Below are positions 49,866 to 63,113 of a DNA stretch of 64,000 bases, in pieces. The stretch is from Alphaproteobacteria bacterium. Its GTDB lineage: Bacteria; Pseudomonadota; Alphaproteobacteria; Bin95. The position numbers and the translations under genes were made by a program. The notes below the pieces were generated by a model. That model saw nothing but the letters and a program-made list of their open reading frames with translations. It did no database searches and was not told the DNA's origin. Where the stretch lies: positions 4,654 through 68,653 of the forward strand of contig JAURGE010000005.1 of NCBI GenBank assembly GCA_030833925.1, in the 5' to 3' direction. The first letter of the stretch is position 1. Every line of letters begins with the position of its first letter.

Positions 49866-49941
49866 TTTTTCTGTGTCAAATACATGCTGAAGTTTATATG
49901 TTGTTCGCCTTTTATGAGTTCTGAGCGGATAGGAAAAAGAA

Positions 49942-51144
49942 CTAAAATTGGATATCTAAGGGCAACACATCGACAACTGATCCAGCAGGTACGGCTTCCA
50001 TGTGAGGAGGTCTAACAATTAGGCAGTTTGATTTAGCAAATATGCTCATCATGGAGCTGTCTTGAATTGCAAAGGCCTCAACTTCAAAACCATTTCCTTC
50101 AAGCGTTAGATTTGCGCGAATATAATCTTCCCTTCGATCATTAGGAGCGATTGGTGTTTTTAATCGGGCAGGCAGTATGCGGGGATTGGTTTCAGCCTGA
50201 CCTAGCATCCGCTTTATTAGAGGTCCGAGGAATAATATAGCACAAACCATTGTAGAAACTGGGTTGCCGGGAAGTCCTAAGACTATTTGTTCCCCTAGAT
50301 TACCGAACATCAAAGGTTTTCCTGGCCGCATGGCAATCTTCCAGAACCCAACGTTGAGTCCTTCTTTGGTTAGTGCTTGCTGAACAAGATCGTGGTCCCC
50401 AACTGAAGCACCTCCCAGGGTTACCAAAATATCAGCACCGACGGCCTGACGGGCAGCGGACGTAAGCTGGTGTTCTGTGTCCCCCGCGATATCCAGTAAA
50501 ATTGCCTCACCGCCTACCTGATCAACGTATGATGCAACACCAACCCCACTAGATCCAATGATTTGCCCTGGCCCAATATCATCACCAGGTAGGCGAATTT
50601 CATCGCCAGTCGCTAGAATTGCTACCCTAGGTTTGCGTGATACTCTCGCCCACAGAATGTTCATGCTTGCGGCCAGTGCAAGATGTCGGGGAGTTAGCAC
50701 CATGCCCGATGGAATGATTGTGTCACCCACCTGAAAATCTAAACCGGCTTTACGAATATGTCGTCCGGCTACAGGGAGTTCGGAAAATATTGCAGTGGCG
50801 CCATCGCGCGCAGTGTCTTCCTGCAAAATCACCGTGTCTGCGCCAAGTGGTAATTCACCGCCTGTAAAAATGCGCACCGTTTCTCCAGGGCCCACTGTTC
50901 CATTGAACGGTGACCCAGCTGGAGCCTCACCTATGACAGATAGTCTCGTGGGTGCTTTTAGGAAATCTTCACTGCGGACTGCGTACCCATCCATTGCGGA
51001 CACATCAGCGGGTGGTTGGGTGCGACGAGCAGTAAGAGGTGATGAGAGCGTACGGCCTCCTGCCTCTTTAAGCATTACAATCTCGGTTCTAGGGTATGGG
51101 GCAGCAGCCAGCACTCTAGAGCGAGCTTCAGAAACGCTTATCAT
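49942..51144 (-). CDS. moeA: Molybdopterin molybdotransferase
   Basis: SAMDGYA, RIFTGG, LATGDE, GGASVGDHD, MRPGKP, LPGNPVS. Confidence 0.97.
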   Translation of the reverse strand: MISVSEARSRVLAAAPYPRTEIVMLKEAGGRTLSSPLTARRTQPPADVSAMDGYAVRSEDFLKAPTRLSVIGEAPAGSPFNGTVGPGETVRIFTGGELPLGADTVILQEDTARDGATAIFSELPVAGRHIRKAGLDFQVGDTIIPSGMVLTPRHLALAASMNILWARVSRKPRVAILATGDEIRLPGDDIGPGQIIGSSGVGVASYVDQVGGEAILLDIAGDTEHQLTSAARQAVGADILVTLGGASVGDHDLVQQALTKEGLNVGFWKIAMRPGKPLMFGNLGEQIVLGLPGNPVSTMVCAILFLGPLIKRMLGQAETNPRILPARLKTPIAPNDRREDYIRANLTLEGNGFEVEAFAIQDSSMMSIFAKSNCLIVRPPHMEAVPAGSVVDVLPLDIQF

Positions 51145-51623
51145 CTTCTTGCCTCGAAGGTTCCTGATTTTCCGCCAGATTTGTGCAACAGCCTAATCCC
51201 CTCGATGCTCATTTCGCGATCGATAGCTTTTGCCATATCATAGATCGTTAACGCTGCGACGGTGACAGCTGTTAGGGCTTCCATCTCAACCCCGGTTTTG
51301 CCACTAGTTTTACATTCAGCCTCAATTTCCACTGATTGAAAATCAGAGGAAATTTTAAGATCAATATTGATAGCATTTAGCGGCAGTGGATGGCATAGCG
51401 GTATTAAATCAGACGTCTTTTTCGCAGCCATTATCCCAGCAAGCCTAGCCACCTGAAGAACGTCACCCTTTCCAATTTGACCAGCTAATATTCTTTCACC
51501 GGTCTCGCGGCGCATATTTATGCGACCAGTTGCAATAGCTCGGCGAGCGGTGTCTTGCTTCTCACCGACATCTACCATCTGCGCTCTTCCATCACGGTCA
51601 AAATGAGTTAGGTCTTCCGACAT
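51141..51623 (-). CDS. moaC: Cyclic pyranopterin monophosphate synthase
   Basis: LTHFD..G.AQMVDV, LIPLCHP, GVEMEALT, KSGGKSG. Start placed at ATG 51623. Confidence 0.97.
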   Translation of the reverse strand: MSEDLTHFDRDGRAQMVDVGEKQDTARRAIATGRINMRRETGERILAGQIGKGDVLQVARLAGIMAAKKTSDLIPLCHPLPLNAINIDLKISSDFQSVEIEAECKTSGKTGVEMEALTAVTVAALTIYDMAKAIDREMSIEGIRLLHKSGGKSGTFEARR

Positions 51624-51624
51624 T

Positions 51625-52422
51625 TTATCGCCCCGCACCAATGAGTTCCGCGGCAGCTTTCTGAACGTCTTGCTCACGCATCAGTCGCTCTCCAACCAGA
51701 AAACCTCGAGCGCCTCCAGCCCAAAGACGTTTGAGATCTTCATTCGACCCGATACCGCTTTCTGATATCAATATTCGGCCATCTGGTGCATTTTTTGCAA
51801 GCTCAAGTGTTGTATTAATATCAACGTGTAATGTCTTAAGGTTGCGATTATTAATACCAATAATCTCTGATTTTAACTTCAAAGCGCGCTCAAATTCAGC
51901 GGCATCATGTGTTTCAACCAGAACATCCATCCCAAGACTAAAAGCTGCATCCTCTAATTCGGCTGCTAGCGTATCGTCTACGGCAGCTAATATAATTAAA
52001 ATGCAATCGGCACCTAAGGCCCGAGCCTCCGCAACCTGGTAGATATCTATCATGAAATCCTTGCGAAGGATGGGGAGGCTGCAACTCTCATGGGCCTTAG
52101 AGATATCTGTGTCGCTGCCATGGAAGTAAGGAGTATCTGTAAGCACTGAGAGGCAGGCGGCGCCGGCTTCATAGTACGCAACGGCGAGGGCTTTGGGGTC
52201 GAAATCTGGTCTGATAATGCCCGCGCTCGGAGATGCCTTTTTAATTTCAGTTATAACAGGAAATTTACCGGCTGCTTCTTTGGCTTTTAATGCTTGAGCA
52301 AAACCCCTTGGCGCAGGCATTTTTCGAGCTTTGGCGTCAATGTCACTCAATGAATGTATAGATTTACGGGTAGCAACGTGGGAGCGCTTACGTTCGCAAA
52401 TCTCAGCTAGGACATCACGCAT
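51625..52422 (-). CDS. trpC: Indole-3-glycerol phosphate synthase
   Basis: EIKKASPSAG, LSVLTD, LRKDF, GINNRNL, SESGI. Confidence 0.97.
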   Translation of the reverse strand: MRDVLAEICERKRSHVATRKSIHSLSDIDAKARKMPAPRGFAQALKAKEAAGKFPVITEIKKASPSAGIIRPDFDPKALAVAYYEAGAACLSVLTDTPYFHGSDTDISKAHESCSLPILRKDFMIDIYQVAEARALGADCILIILAAVDDTLAAELEDAAFSLGMDVLVETHDAAEFERALKLKSEIIGINNRNLKTLHVDINTTLELAKNAPDGRILISESGIGSNEDLKRLWAGGARGFLVGERLMREQDVQKAAAELIGAGR

Positions 52423-52436
52423 CAGGTATTTTCCAA

Positions 52437-53453
52437 TCAGGGCGCTTCGTTCGTGATGGCAACAAGCTTCGAAAGCGCATCCGTTGCAGCTCCGTGGTCG
52501 ATACTTTCTGCTGCCCGAGCAACACCGGCTTGAAGATTTTCCACTTTGTCCGCAATCATTAGCGCGGCGGCAGTGTTAAACAAAACGATGTCACGGTATG
52601 ACCCTTGTGCACCTTCTAGAAGGGCCCTGAGGGCTCTAGCATTCTCTTCAGGCGAGCCTCCAGCCAAATCACTCGGTTTCGCGCGAGGAATTCCGGCTTC
52701 CTCGGGGGCCAGCTCAAAAAGGCGAACCTCGCCATTTTTAAGTTCAGCAACGGCAGATGGGCCGGTTGTAGTTAGTTCATCCATGCCATCAGAGCCATGG
52801 ACCACCCAAGCTCGCTCGCTTCCAAGTGCATGCAAAACTCGCGCTTGCCGCTCTACATAATCTGCCGCGAAGATGCCCATGAGCTGACGGGGTGCTCCCG
52901 CTGGATTTGATAAAGGTCCAAGCAGGTTGAAAATCGTCCTAGTCGCTAGCTCAGTCCTCACTCCGGCAACATGGCGGGTCGCTCCGTGGTGACGTGGAGC
53001 CATCAGAAAGGCAATGTTTGCTTCCCAAAGACAACGCTCAACTAGCTTCATATCGGCATCAATGTTAACGCCTAATGCGGAAAGCACATCAGAGGACCCC
53101 GATCGAGAAGATGCTGCTCGATTGCCATGCTTAGCAACGGGAACGCCGCAGCCGGCTAGGACTAAAGCGACAGCGGTTGATATGTTTAAGGTTCCTTTTG
53201 CATCTCCTCCAGTACCACAGGTGTCAATAGAACCCGGTGGAGCCGCTATGCGAACAGCGCGCGATCGCATAGCTCGGGCTGCTCCGATTAATTCTTCAGT
53301 TGTTTCACCACGAACTCGCATGCCCATCAAAAGTGCACCCATCTGGGCTTGGGTCGCTTCGCCGGACATCATTACTGCAAATGCTGCTTCAGCTTCTTCT
53401 TCGCTTAGAGTTTGGCCAATGGAGACTTTAGCAAGAAAAGGCTTTAAATCCAT
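52437..53453 (-). CDS. trpD: Anthranilate phosphoribosyltransferase
   Basis: DTCGTGGD, NIST, KHGNR, GSSDVL, NLLGPL, DGMDE. Start placed at ATG 53453. Confidence 0.97.
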   Translation of the reverse strand: MDLKPFLAKVSIGQTLSEEEAEAAFAVMMSGEATQAQMGALLMGMRVRGETTEELIGAARAMRSRAVRIAAPPGSIDTCGTGGDAKGTLNISTAVALVLAGCGVPVAKHGNRAASSRSGSSDVLSALGVNIDADMKLVERCLWEANIAFLMAPRHHGATRHVAGVRTELATRTIFNLLGPLSNPAGAPRQLMGIFAADYVERQARVLHALGSERAWVVHGSDGMDELTTTGPSAVAELKNGEVRLFELAPEEAGIPRAKPSDLAGGSPEENARALRALLEGAQGSYRDIVLFNTAAALMIADKVENLQAGVARAAESIDHGAATDALSKLVAITNEAP

Positions 53454-53457
53454 TGCA

Positions 53458-54096
53458 TCAGACCCCCTCTCGAGCAAACATTCGCCTTTTAGGCAGTGGT
53501 TTTGGATCTTGGTTTGGTAAAGCACCTTCGGTGGCTATTTTCAAAAAATTACCCAGCAAACGGTGACCATGCTCTGATGCTATACTTTCCGGATGGAATT
53601 GTACGCCATGGATAGGTCGGTCCGCATGGCGTATGCCCATGATGCATCCGTCCATGGAGTGGGCATTCGCAATCAGGCAGTCCGGAAGGGTGGGCGGGTC
53701 TATAACAAGGCTATGGTAGCGGGTCGCTTCGAAATGCTTTGGAAGCCCTTGAAATAGTCCTGTATTGTCGGCTGCTAGGCGGCTTAACTTTCCATGTAGA
53801 GGTTCAGGAGCGCGTACAATGCTCCCACCAAATGCTTGACCGATAGCTTGGTGGCCAAGGCACACCCCCAAAATTGGCAATGTAGCAGGAGCGTGACGTA
53901 TCAGGTCCAAACAAATTCCAGCATCATCTGGCGCGCAGGGGCCAGGAGATAAGATGACGCCCTCCAAGTCCGCAGATACAACCTCATTAACTGAAATTGC
54001 ATCGTTGCGCACAACTTCAACTTTTGCCCCAAGTTCACCTAAGAAGTGGTTGAGATTATAAACAAAGCTATCATAATTATCGATCATTAGGAACAT
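53458..54096 (-). CDS. trpG: Anthranilate synthase component II
   Basis: IDNYDSF, SPGP, GVCLGHQ, RYHSL, QFHPES. Confidence 0.97.
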   Translation of the reverse strand: MFLMIDNYDSFVYNLNHFLGELGAKVEVVRNDAISVNEVVSADLEGVILSPGPCAPDDAGICLDLIRHAPATLPILGVCLGHQAIGQAFGGSIVRAPEPLHGKLSRLAADNTGLFQGLPKHFEATRYHSLVIDPPTLPDCLIANAHSMDGCIMGIRHADRPIHGVQFHPESIASEHGHRLLGNFLKIATEGALPNQDPKPLPKRRMFAREGV

Positions 54097-54125
54097 GATT
54101 GCTTTTCCTATTTTGGAACGTAGCC

Positions 54126-55616
54126 TCAGAGATTATGCGCAGTTTCCGCAGCTCTCATGAGGGCCTGAGCTTTGTCAATGCTTTCTTGGAATTCAGCCTC
54201 AGGGTCGCTGTCAGCAACGACGCCAACGCCTGCCTGAACGTACAAAATCCCATCTTTTACCACCCCGGTTCGAAGCGCAATGCAAGTATCCATAGTTCCA
54301 TTAGACGCAAAGTAACCAATACAGCCAGCGTAGATGCCACGCTTTGTTGGCTCTAATTCATCAATAATTTCCATAGCGCGAACTTTTGGCGCTCCAGATA
54401 CCGTCCCAGCCGGAAACCCTGCAATTAATGCTCCAATTTCGTCATAGTCATCAGCAATTTGACCAACCACTGTAGAGCTTAAGTGCATGACATGACTGTA
54501 ACGTTCAATTTCGAATTGAGCCTTTACCTCTACGCTTCCTATTTTTGATACTCGACCTACGTCGTTTCGCGCTAGATCGAGTAGCATTAGGTGCTCGGCT
54601 AGTTCTTTGGGATCACTCATTAGGTTTTCTGCGAGTGCATTATCTTCTTCTGCGTTCTTCCCACGTCTCCGAGTGCCTGCCAGAGGTCTAATAGTGACCT
54701 CACCATCGCGAACTCGCACTAGAATTTCTGGGCTAGATCCAACGACGGAGAATCCCCCAAAGTCGAGATAGAATAGGAAAGGTGAGGGATTTAGTCGTCG
54801 CAGTGCCCTGTACAAATCGAATGGTGGGCGTTGGAAAGGTGTTTCAAAACGCTGTGCTGGAACAATTTGAAAAGCATCGCCTGCTCGGATGTACTCCTTA
54901 GCCCGTTCAACCGCAGCTAAAAAACCCGCCTTTGTGAAGTTTGAACGTCTCTCTGAGTTGGGTTCTTGATTGATGCTTATTGTGCGAGCTGGAAGAGGTC
55001 CGTTAAGTCTGTCGATTGCACCATTAATACGTGCAATTGCCGCTTCAAAAGCTTTTTCTCCGGAGGTTCTGTCACAGGGGCGCACAGGTGTTACGATAGA
55101 AATAGTATCATCGACACTGTCGAAAACCGCCATGATTGTCGGTCTAACAAACATCCCATCGGGCAAGCCGAGAGTATCAGTTGGAGTGTTTGGCAGCTGC
55201 TCCATAAGGCGGACCATGTCGTAGCCCATATAACCGACAAGGCTTGAGGCCATAGGCGGAAGGCCTGTCGGCATATCGTCTATTTGAGATTCTTTGATGA
55301 GAGCGCGCAAAGAATCTAGCGCTTCCCCATCTTCTACTCGAAAGGCACCACCTTTCAGCGCATCCCGATTAATTTCTGCCTGGTTTCCTCGGCAGCGCCA
55401 TACTAAGTCTGGTTGAATGCCAATAAATGAATAACGACCCCTAATGGCCCCACCCTCAACACTTTCAAGGATGAAGCAGACCTGCCGGCCAGAGGATAAT
55501 TTAAGGTATGCAGAGACGGTGGTCTCTAAGTCAGCAGAAATCTTGGACCAGAGCACCTGTGGACGTCCTGCATCATAGATTTCTAGAAAGGTGGCCTTGT
55601 CAGTGGAGGATAGCAT
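54126..55616 (-). CDS. trpE: Anthranilate synthase component I
   Basis: LESVEGG, NPSPF, SSPEILV, PLAGT, EHLMLLDLARND, GTVSGAPK. Confidence 0.97.
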   Translation of the reverse strand: MLSSTDKATFLEIYDAGRPQVLWSKISADLETTVSAYLKLSSGRQVCFILESVEGGAIRGRYSFIGIQPDLVWRCRGNQAEINRDALKGGAFRVEDGEALDSLRALIKESQIDDMPTGLPPMASSLVGYMGYDMVRLMEQLPNTPTDTLGLPDGMFVRPTIMAVFDSVDDTISIVTPVRPCDRTSGEKAFEAAIARINGAIDRLNGPLPARTISINQEPNSERRSNFTKAGFLAAVERAKEYIRAGDAFQIVPAQRFETPFQRPPFDLYRALRRLNPSPFLFYLDFGGFSVVGSSPEILVRVRDGEVTIRPLAGTRRRGKNAEEDNALAENLMSDPKELAEHLMLLDLARNDVGRVSKIGSVEVKAQFEIERYSHVMHLSSTVVGQIADDYDEIGALIAGFPAGTVSGAPKVRAMEIIDELEPTKRGIYAGCIGYFASNGTMDTCIALRTGVVKDGILYVQAGVGVVADSDPEAEFQESIDKAQALMRAAETAHNL

Positions 55617-55624
55617 TGAGGTGC

Positions 55625-57505
55625 TCAGTTGCCTTTTTTAGGTTCGTCTGATCGATTATCAGCTACTATTTCTGGGAGATGTACTGTTCGGGCAAGCGTT
55701 GCAAGTGCTTCAGCTCGTTCCCGTGCGTAAACATCTGTCATCGCGGCAATGAATTCCTTCTCCGCGTCCCCTGTTAGATCAAATATGGGGCGCTGTATGT
55801 CGTCAACGAATGCGGCAATCAGGGTTTTCTTGATATTTGTTGAAACGGTTGAATTCTCGCGAGCATTAAAGATTTTTTCTATGAAATCAGAAGGAAATTT
55901 ATTTGAGGCTGCAACCTCATCTCGCATTGATGAATTGATCGAAGCGACGTTCAACTTTGCGGCTTTGGCTGCTTCCTTAAATATAGAAAGACTGCTTGCC
56001 TCTGTTAGAGATTTCAGACGGGCCCTGCCAAGCTCAAGTCTCTTTTGGTCCTTCCACTCAGAAAGTGCCTGTTCACGAATTATTTCAAATGGTTTTGGGG
56101 CGCTGTCATAAATTTTGTCTACAACTAGCGCGATAAAAACTCCATCTCGGAGCTCAATTAGACCGCTTTGCTCACCAACATTTCTTTCAAAAATTGAAGC
56201 GAGATAGGCTGGGTCATCGGGCATTTTTAAAGACACAGAACCTTCGCGATTTACACCCCGCCGATCTATTCCATTAAGCGTGACAATCGGTAGGCCTGCC
56301 GCACTGGCCGCTGAAGCTAAGTCGCCACCTGCTGCGAGAGCGTCCTCTGCAGCATTAGCTACGTCTGAGATTTTGGAGATCGCTTGTTCCTGCTGCATTT
56401 CCAATTTTAGGTCAGCAGCAACTGTAGCCAAAGGTTTTGTGCTCTCAGGAATCACTTTTTCCACGAGAAGCACATGCCAGCCTAGTGATGTCGATACCGG
56501 TACCGAGGATGGGCCTTCTGACGAGGAAAAAGCAGAGTCTGCGAGAGGGCTAGGAAAAATTTGATCACGGGTTAATTCACCGAGGTCAATTACTGACCCT
56601 CCAGCACTCTCTGCATCTTTCATAAAATTAGTTTTATTAGTTTTTGCTTTACTAGCGAATTCACGCGCATCTGATTCATTTTGGAACAGAGCTTGCACTA
56701 GTCTTCGTCTTTCTGGGGTCCTGTATCTTTCTTTCGTATCCTCATAGTGATTTGCAATCTCTGTTTCTGGAATTTCTATTGTCTCTGAAATCGAAGAGGT
56801 GGAAATAACAATTACCCGAGCATCTCGACGAGCGGGTTCGGCAAACTTTGCGGCATTGGCCTTCACGTACTCCTGAAGGTCATTTTCACTTGGCTCTGGG
56901 GATTTGATGACTGCGGAATCTAACTCGACGTAGGAAACTCTGCGTTTCTGTCTCTCAAGCAAAAAGATCGCCTCAAGCATTGGGAGAGGGGGAGATATAT
57001 TTGCGCGAACGGTTTCTACGAGCTGCTTCCTCTTAAGCTCGATTCTCATATTTTGCGCGTAGGCTTCTTCGCTTATTCCTGCTGATGACAACGAGCGCCG
57101 AAAGCGGTTCGTGTCGAATTTACCATTCTGCTGAAAACTGGGATCAACCCGGATGGCGTCACCAACGCCCTGGTCGCTAATACCGATTTGAAGTGCCTTG
57201 GCCTCCATATCCAGGGCAGCTTGGCCAACAAGTTGCTCCACCGCAGCCCGTCGAAGAGCCCCATCGGGCAAATCGGCTGGATTAAATTGGTTTCCAAGAA
57301 TACGGCGCATTTGCTCCGTCTGCCTTCTTTCAGCCTGGTCGACTTCAATGCGGCGAATTTCAATTTCCCCAACTTTTGCCACAACAGGATTTGCATCAGG
57401 CGTGAGATAGTCGCCAATGCCCCAGACGGCAAAGCTTAATATAAGCAGTCCGAATAAAATTTTGGCTACCCATCCGGCAGCACCTTTGCGCATGGCGATC
57501 AGCAT
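55625..57505 (-). CDS. ppiD: PpiD-like periplasmic chaperone (SurA N-terminal + parvulin-like)
   Basis: KILFGLLILSFAVWGI signal anchor, F..NGKFD, GWHVL; usual position next to trpE/tpiA. Confidence 0.88.
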   Translation of the reverse strand: MLIAMRKGAAGWVAKILFGLLILSFAVWGIGDYLTPDANPVVAKVGEIEIRRIEVDQAERRQTEQMRRILGNQFNPADLPDGALRRAAVEQLVGQAALDMEAKALQIGISDQGVGDAIRVDPSFQQNGKFDTNRFRRSLSSAGISEEAYAQNMRIELKRKQLVETVRANISPPLPMLEAIFLLERQKRRVSYVELDSAVIKSPEPSENDLQEYVKANAAKFAEPARRDARVIVISTSSISETIEIPETEIANHYEDTKERYRTPERRRLVQALFQNESDAREFASKAKTNKTNFMKDAESAGGSVIDLGELTRDQIFPSPLADSAFSSSEGPSSVPVSTSLGWHVLLVEKVIPESTKPLATVAADLKLEMQQEQAISKISDVANAAEDALAAGGDLASAASAAGLPIVTLNGIDRRGVNREGSVSLKMPDDPAYLASIFERNVGEQSGLIELRDGVFIALVVDKIYDSAPKPFEIIREQALSEWKDQKRLELGRARLKSLTEASSLSIFKEAAKAAKLNVASINSSMRDEVAASNKFPSDFIEKIFNARENSTVSTNIKKTLIAAFVDDIQRPIFDLTGDAEKEFIAAMTDVYARERAEALATLARTVHLPEIVADNRSDEPKKGN

Positions 57506-57644
57506 CGAAAATTCCGTCGTTTGCTCTGCAAGAATTTAAGCGGCGGACTATAGGTGTGGACGCCTCTCGTCGCAATCGTTTGGGTTTCGTCTATTTAGCT
57601 CTAATGATAATAATCACACCTGTGAAGAGAAGTGGGGGTAGGCT

Positions 57645-58403
57645 TTGGCTAGTCGTGGATATCTGATTGCAGGCAATTGGAAGATGAATGGTGACCTTGA
57701 AAGCGCAACTGCTCTTTCGGCAGAGATTGCGTCAGGGGCAGCCTCTGTTTCAGAGGCAGTCGAGCTCTTGATTTGCCCACCTGCAATTCATCTGCAAGCG
57801 ACAGCTGCAGCGATCGCAGGAACGAAGATCAAGCTAGGTGGCCAAGATTGTCATGAAGCTGTAGCTGGTGCATTCACAGGCGATGTGTCGGCAGAAATGT
57901 TGGCAGATGTGAAATGTTCGTATGTTATTTTAGGGCACTCTGAACGTCGTGATGCGCACCATGAGGGTGATGCATTGGTTTGGAGAAAAGCGAACGCAGC
58001 ACTTCGTGCGGGTCTTGCACCTATTATTTGTGTAGGTGAGACGGAACAAGAACGGCTTGCAGGGCATGCTGAAAATGTTGTCGCTAAGCAGTTAACGGCT
58101 TCAGTTCCTGATGGTGTAGATGGGTCAAGGCTCTCGGTCGCGTATGAGCCTGTATGGGCAATAGGTAGTGGCCGCACACCGACTATTGATGAAATTATGT
58201 CGGTTCATTCGGCAATGCGTCGAGCTCTCAAAAATCTTTTAGGCGACGAAGCGGGGGAATCAGTTCGGTTGCTCTATGGGGGGTCGGTAAAACCTGGAAA
58301 TGCTGCCGAAATACTTAATCTTCCAGAGGTAGATGGTGCCTTGGTCGGCGGGGCAAGCCTCAACGCCAATGATTTTCTGTCGATCGCATTGGCAATTAGT
58401 TAG
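57645..58403 (+). CDS. tpiA: Triosephosphate isomerase
   Basis: AGNWKM, GHSERR, AYEPVWAIG, LYGGSV, LVGGASL. Confidence 0.98.
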   Translation: MASRGYLIAGNWKMNGDLESATALSAEIASGAASVSEAVELLICPPAIHLQATAAAIAGTKIKLGGQDCHEAVAGAFTGDVSAEMLADVKCSYVILGHSERRDAHHEGDALVWRKANAALRAGLAPIICVGETEQERLAGHAENVVAKQLTASVPDGVDGSRLSVAYEPVWAIGSGRTPTIDEIMSVHSAMRRALKNLLGDEAGESVRLLYGGSVKPGNAAEILNLPEVDGALVGGASLNANDFLSIALAIS

Positions 58404-58497
58404 ATCCCACTGGCATTTCTCGTCTTCATGTTCTAGACAGTCACATAGTTTTGATTGGCACGTAATTGGTGCCGCATTTTGTGCAAAGATTGGTACA

Positions 58498-58803
58498 ATG
58501 ATTCAGATCGTTCTAACCATTCACATTCTTATTGCCGCGGCTTTGGTGGTCGTTGTTCTAATGCAGCGATCTGAAGGTGGTGGTCTTGGAATCGGCGGTG
58601 GCGGTGGTGGCGGTGGTCTTATGACCGGTCGCAGTGCGGCTAACTTTTTGACCCGCACTACAGCGATGCTAGCTACTTTGTTTTTTATCACCAGCCTCGG
58701 GCTTGCGATTTTAGCAAGTGGTTCATCTGAACCTAAATCAATTATTGAATCCACTGCTCCCGCGACTAGCAGTCAGGAGCCAAGCGCACCACTCGCCCGT
58801 TAG
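58498..58803 (+). CDS. secG: Preprotein translocase subunit SecG
   Basis: From ATG 58498: [29 protein letters not shown]; between tpiA and pyrG. Confidence 0.93.
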   Translation: MIQIVLTIHILIAAALVVVVLMQRSEGGGLGIGGGGGGGGLMTGRSAANFLTRTTAMLATLFFITSLGLAILASGSSEPKSIIESTAPATSSQEPSAPLAR

Positions 58804-58841
58804 CCAGAAACGAAGCTGCCATAGGAGGGCATGAGCGCCAC

Positions 58842-60473
58842 GTGACGACCAGGTTCATCTTTATAACCGGCGGAGTGGCTTCGTCGCTTGGAAAGGGTGT
58901 TGCAGCCGCAGCCCTGGGCGCGCTGTTGCAGGCGCGCGGATTTTCCGTACGGATGCGGAAATTCGACCCTTATTTAAACATCGATCCAGGTACTATGAGC
59001 CCATATCAGCATGGCGAGGTTTTTGTTACTGACGATGGTGCAGAGACTGATTTAGACCTGGGTCATTATGAGAGATACACCAATCGTGCAGCTTCCAAGA
59101 GTGATAGCGTTACGACAGGGCGAATTTATGAAACTGTTTTGCAGCGCGAACGAAAAGGACTTTATCTCGGAGCAACTGTCCAGGTAATTCCGCATGTTAC
59201 CGACATGATAAAAGAATTCATTCAAGCCGATCTTGGTGATGAGGATTTCGTATTGTGTGAAATTGGTGGAACCGTCGGTGATATAGAAAGCCTGCCCTTT
59301 ATTGAAGCTATTAGACAGGTTCGCCAAGATTTAGGGGTTGAACGTACCTTGTTCGTCCACCTTACTTTGGTGCCGTATATTCCTTCTGCTGCAGAATTGA
59401 AAACCAAACCGACCCAGCATTCCGTCAAAGAATTATTGGCTGCTGGCATACAACCGGATTTGCTCCTTTGTAGGTCCGATCGGGAAATACCAAAGGATGC
59501 ACGCCGTAAAATTGGTCTTTTCTGCAATATTCGCCAAGAGAGAGTTATTCAGGCGATTGATGTTGATACTGTTTATGCAACCCCACTCACATACCATGAA
59601 GAGGGGTTTGACGTTGAAGTTCTAAAACATTTTGAACTTCCAACCTCTGACCTCCCAGATTTATCGGTTTGGGAAGACGTGGTTAATCGGGTTAGAAACC
59701 CCGAAAGTACAGTGCGCATCGGTGTTGTGGGTAAATATACCGAGTTAAAAGATGCCTACAAATCTCTGATTGAAGCCCTCCATCATGGCGGAATTGCTAA
59801 TAATGCGAAGGTTGAACTTGAGTGGGTAGAGGCCGAGGCTTTCGAAAAAGAAGACACAACCTCGCGTCTTGATTTTGTTCATGGAATCCTGGTCCCGGGT
59901 GGTTTTGGTGAACGGGGGTCAGAAGGTAAAATTCGGGCTGCCCGCTTTGCCCGCGAACATAAGCTTCCGTATTTTGGAATTTGCTTTGGGATGCAGATGG
60001 CAGTCATTGAAGCCGCCCGGTCCCTCGTTGGCTGGACCGATGCAAGCTCGACTGAGTTTGGGCCTAGCGAGCGTCCGGTGGTTGGTCTGCTAACGGAATG
60101 GGCAAGGGGCGAAGAGATTGAGCGCCGCTCTTCAAGCGACGATCTGGGCGGGACAATGCGGTTGGGCGCATATCCTGCTAAGCTAGCAGCTGGCAGTAAA
60201 GTTGCTGAAATTTATGGTGATGAAATTGTGTATGAGAGGCACCGTCATCGATACGAAATTAATATTGGATATAGAGAAAAAATTGAGGCTGCAGGACTGC
60301 GTTTTTCGGGTTTGTCACCAGATGGCGAATTGCCCGAAATTGTCGAACTTGAAGGGCATCCTTGGTACATAGGGGTTCAATTTCATCCGGAGTTGAAGTC
60401 TCGACCAATGGCACCTCATCCGCTTTTTAGCTCTTTCATTGCTGCAGCAATAAAACATTCAAGGCTGGTCTAA
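58842..60473 (+). CDS. pyrG: CTP synthase
   Basis: [44 protein letters not shown]. Confidence 0.98.
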   Translation: MTTRFIFITGGVASSLGKGVAAAALGALLQARGFSVRMRKFDPYLNIDPGTMSPYQHGEVFVTDDGAETDLDLGHYERYTNRAASKSDSVTTGRIYETVLQRERKGLYLGATVQVIPHVTDMIKEFIQADLGDEDFVLCEIGGTVGDIESLPFIEAIRQVRQDLGVERTLFVHLTLVPYIPSAAELKTKPTQHSVKELLAAGIQPDLLLCRSDREIPKDARRKIGLFCNIRQERVIQAIDVDTVYATPLTYHEEGFDVEVLKHFELPTSDLPDLSVWEDVVNRVRNPESTVRIGVVGKYTELKDAYKSLIEALHHGGIANNAKVELEWVEAEAFEKEDTTSRLDFVHGILVPGGFGERGSEGKIRAARFAREHKLPYFGICFGMQMAVIEAARSLVGWTDASSTEFGPSERPVVGLLTEWARGEEIERRSSSDDLGGTMRLGAYPAKLAAGSKVAEIYGDEIVYERHRHRYEINIGYREKIEAAGLRFSGLSPDGELPEIVELEGHPWYIGVQFHPELKSRPMAPHPLFSSFIAAAIKHSRLV

Positions 60474-60476
60474 ACT

Positions 60477-62590
<2,114 letters not shown>

Positions 62591-62667
62591 AGATTAGTCG
62601 TCATTTGATGAGTTAACTTAGAAAAATTTCTATTGACGAAGAACTCGTCGCGTGATTCATCTAAAAT

Positions 62668-62979
62668 ATGGATGTGGCACAAGACTTAAAGAAACGTTTA
62701 AGAGCGGTTGTTTGGCCGCTTTGTTTTGCGTTTATCGCTATTTATTTCGGTTTTCATCTTGTGCGAAATGATAACGGGCTACTTGCTCTTAGAGCGTATG
62801 ATCAACGCTTAGATGAGGCAAAAATTGTTTTGGCGCAACTAACTGCTGAACGGGCTTCTCTCGAAAAAGAAACACAAGCCCTTCGTCCTTCTAATATTCA
62901 ATTAGATGCGTTGGCAGAACAAGCGCGGGTCCGCTTAAACATGGGTTGGCCTTCTGAGGTCCTAATTCTAGGGCGCTAG
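62668..62979 (+). CDS. ftsB: Septum formation initiator (FtsB/DivIC)
   Basis: N-terminal TM, YFGFH...GL, coiled coil, EQAR..L; between eno and pdhA. Confidence 0.85.
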   Translation: MDVAQDLKKRLRAVVWPLCFAFIAIYFGFHLVRNDNGLLALRAYDQRLDEAKIVLAQLTAERASLEKETQALRPSNIQLDALAEQARVRLNMGWPSEVLILGR

Positions 62980-63113
62980 TATCCAAACTCTCTTCTCTAT
63001 TCTTAAATCAGTTCACATTGTATTGTAGAGCGTTGATCTGAGCCTTCGGGGCATCTATTTTCTTTGGATGTGTGCCCTTTTTTTTGGGGCATTGGAAATC
63101 GCGGAGAGATCTA

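Noticed and set aside
58457-58474. TGGCAC resembling a sigma54 -24 element upstream of secG
   Set aside because: There is no GC at the required GG-N10-GC -12 position.
58576-58620. GGT/GGC-rich low-complexity repeat
   Set aside because: It encodes the normal glycine-rich loop of SecG.
63072-63092. Hairpin GTGCCC-T8-GGGGCAT between ftsB and pdhA as a terminator
   Set aside because: No U-tract follows the stem on either strand, so it is too weak to call.
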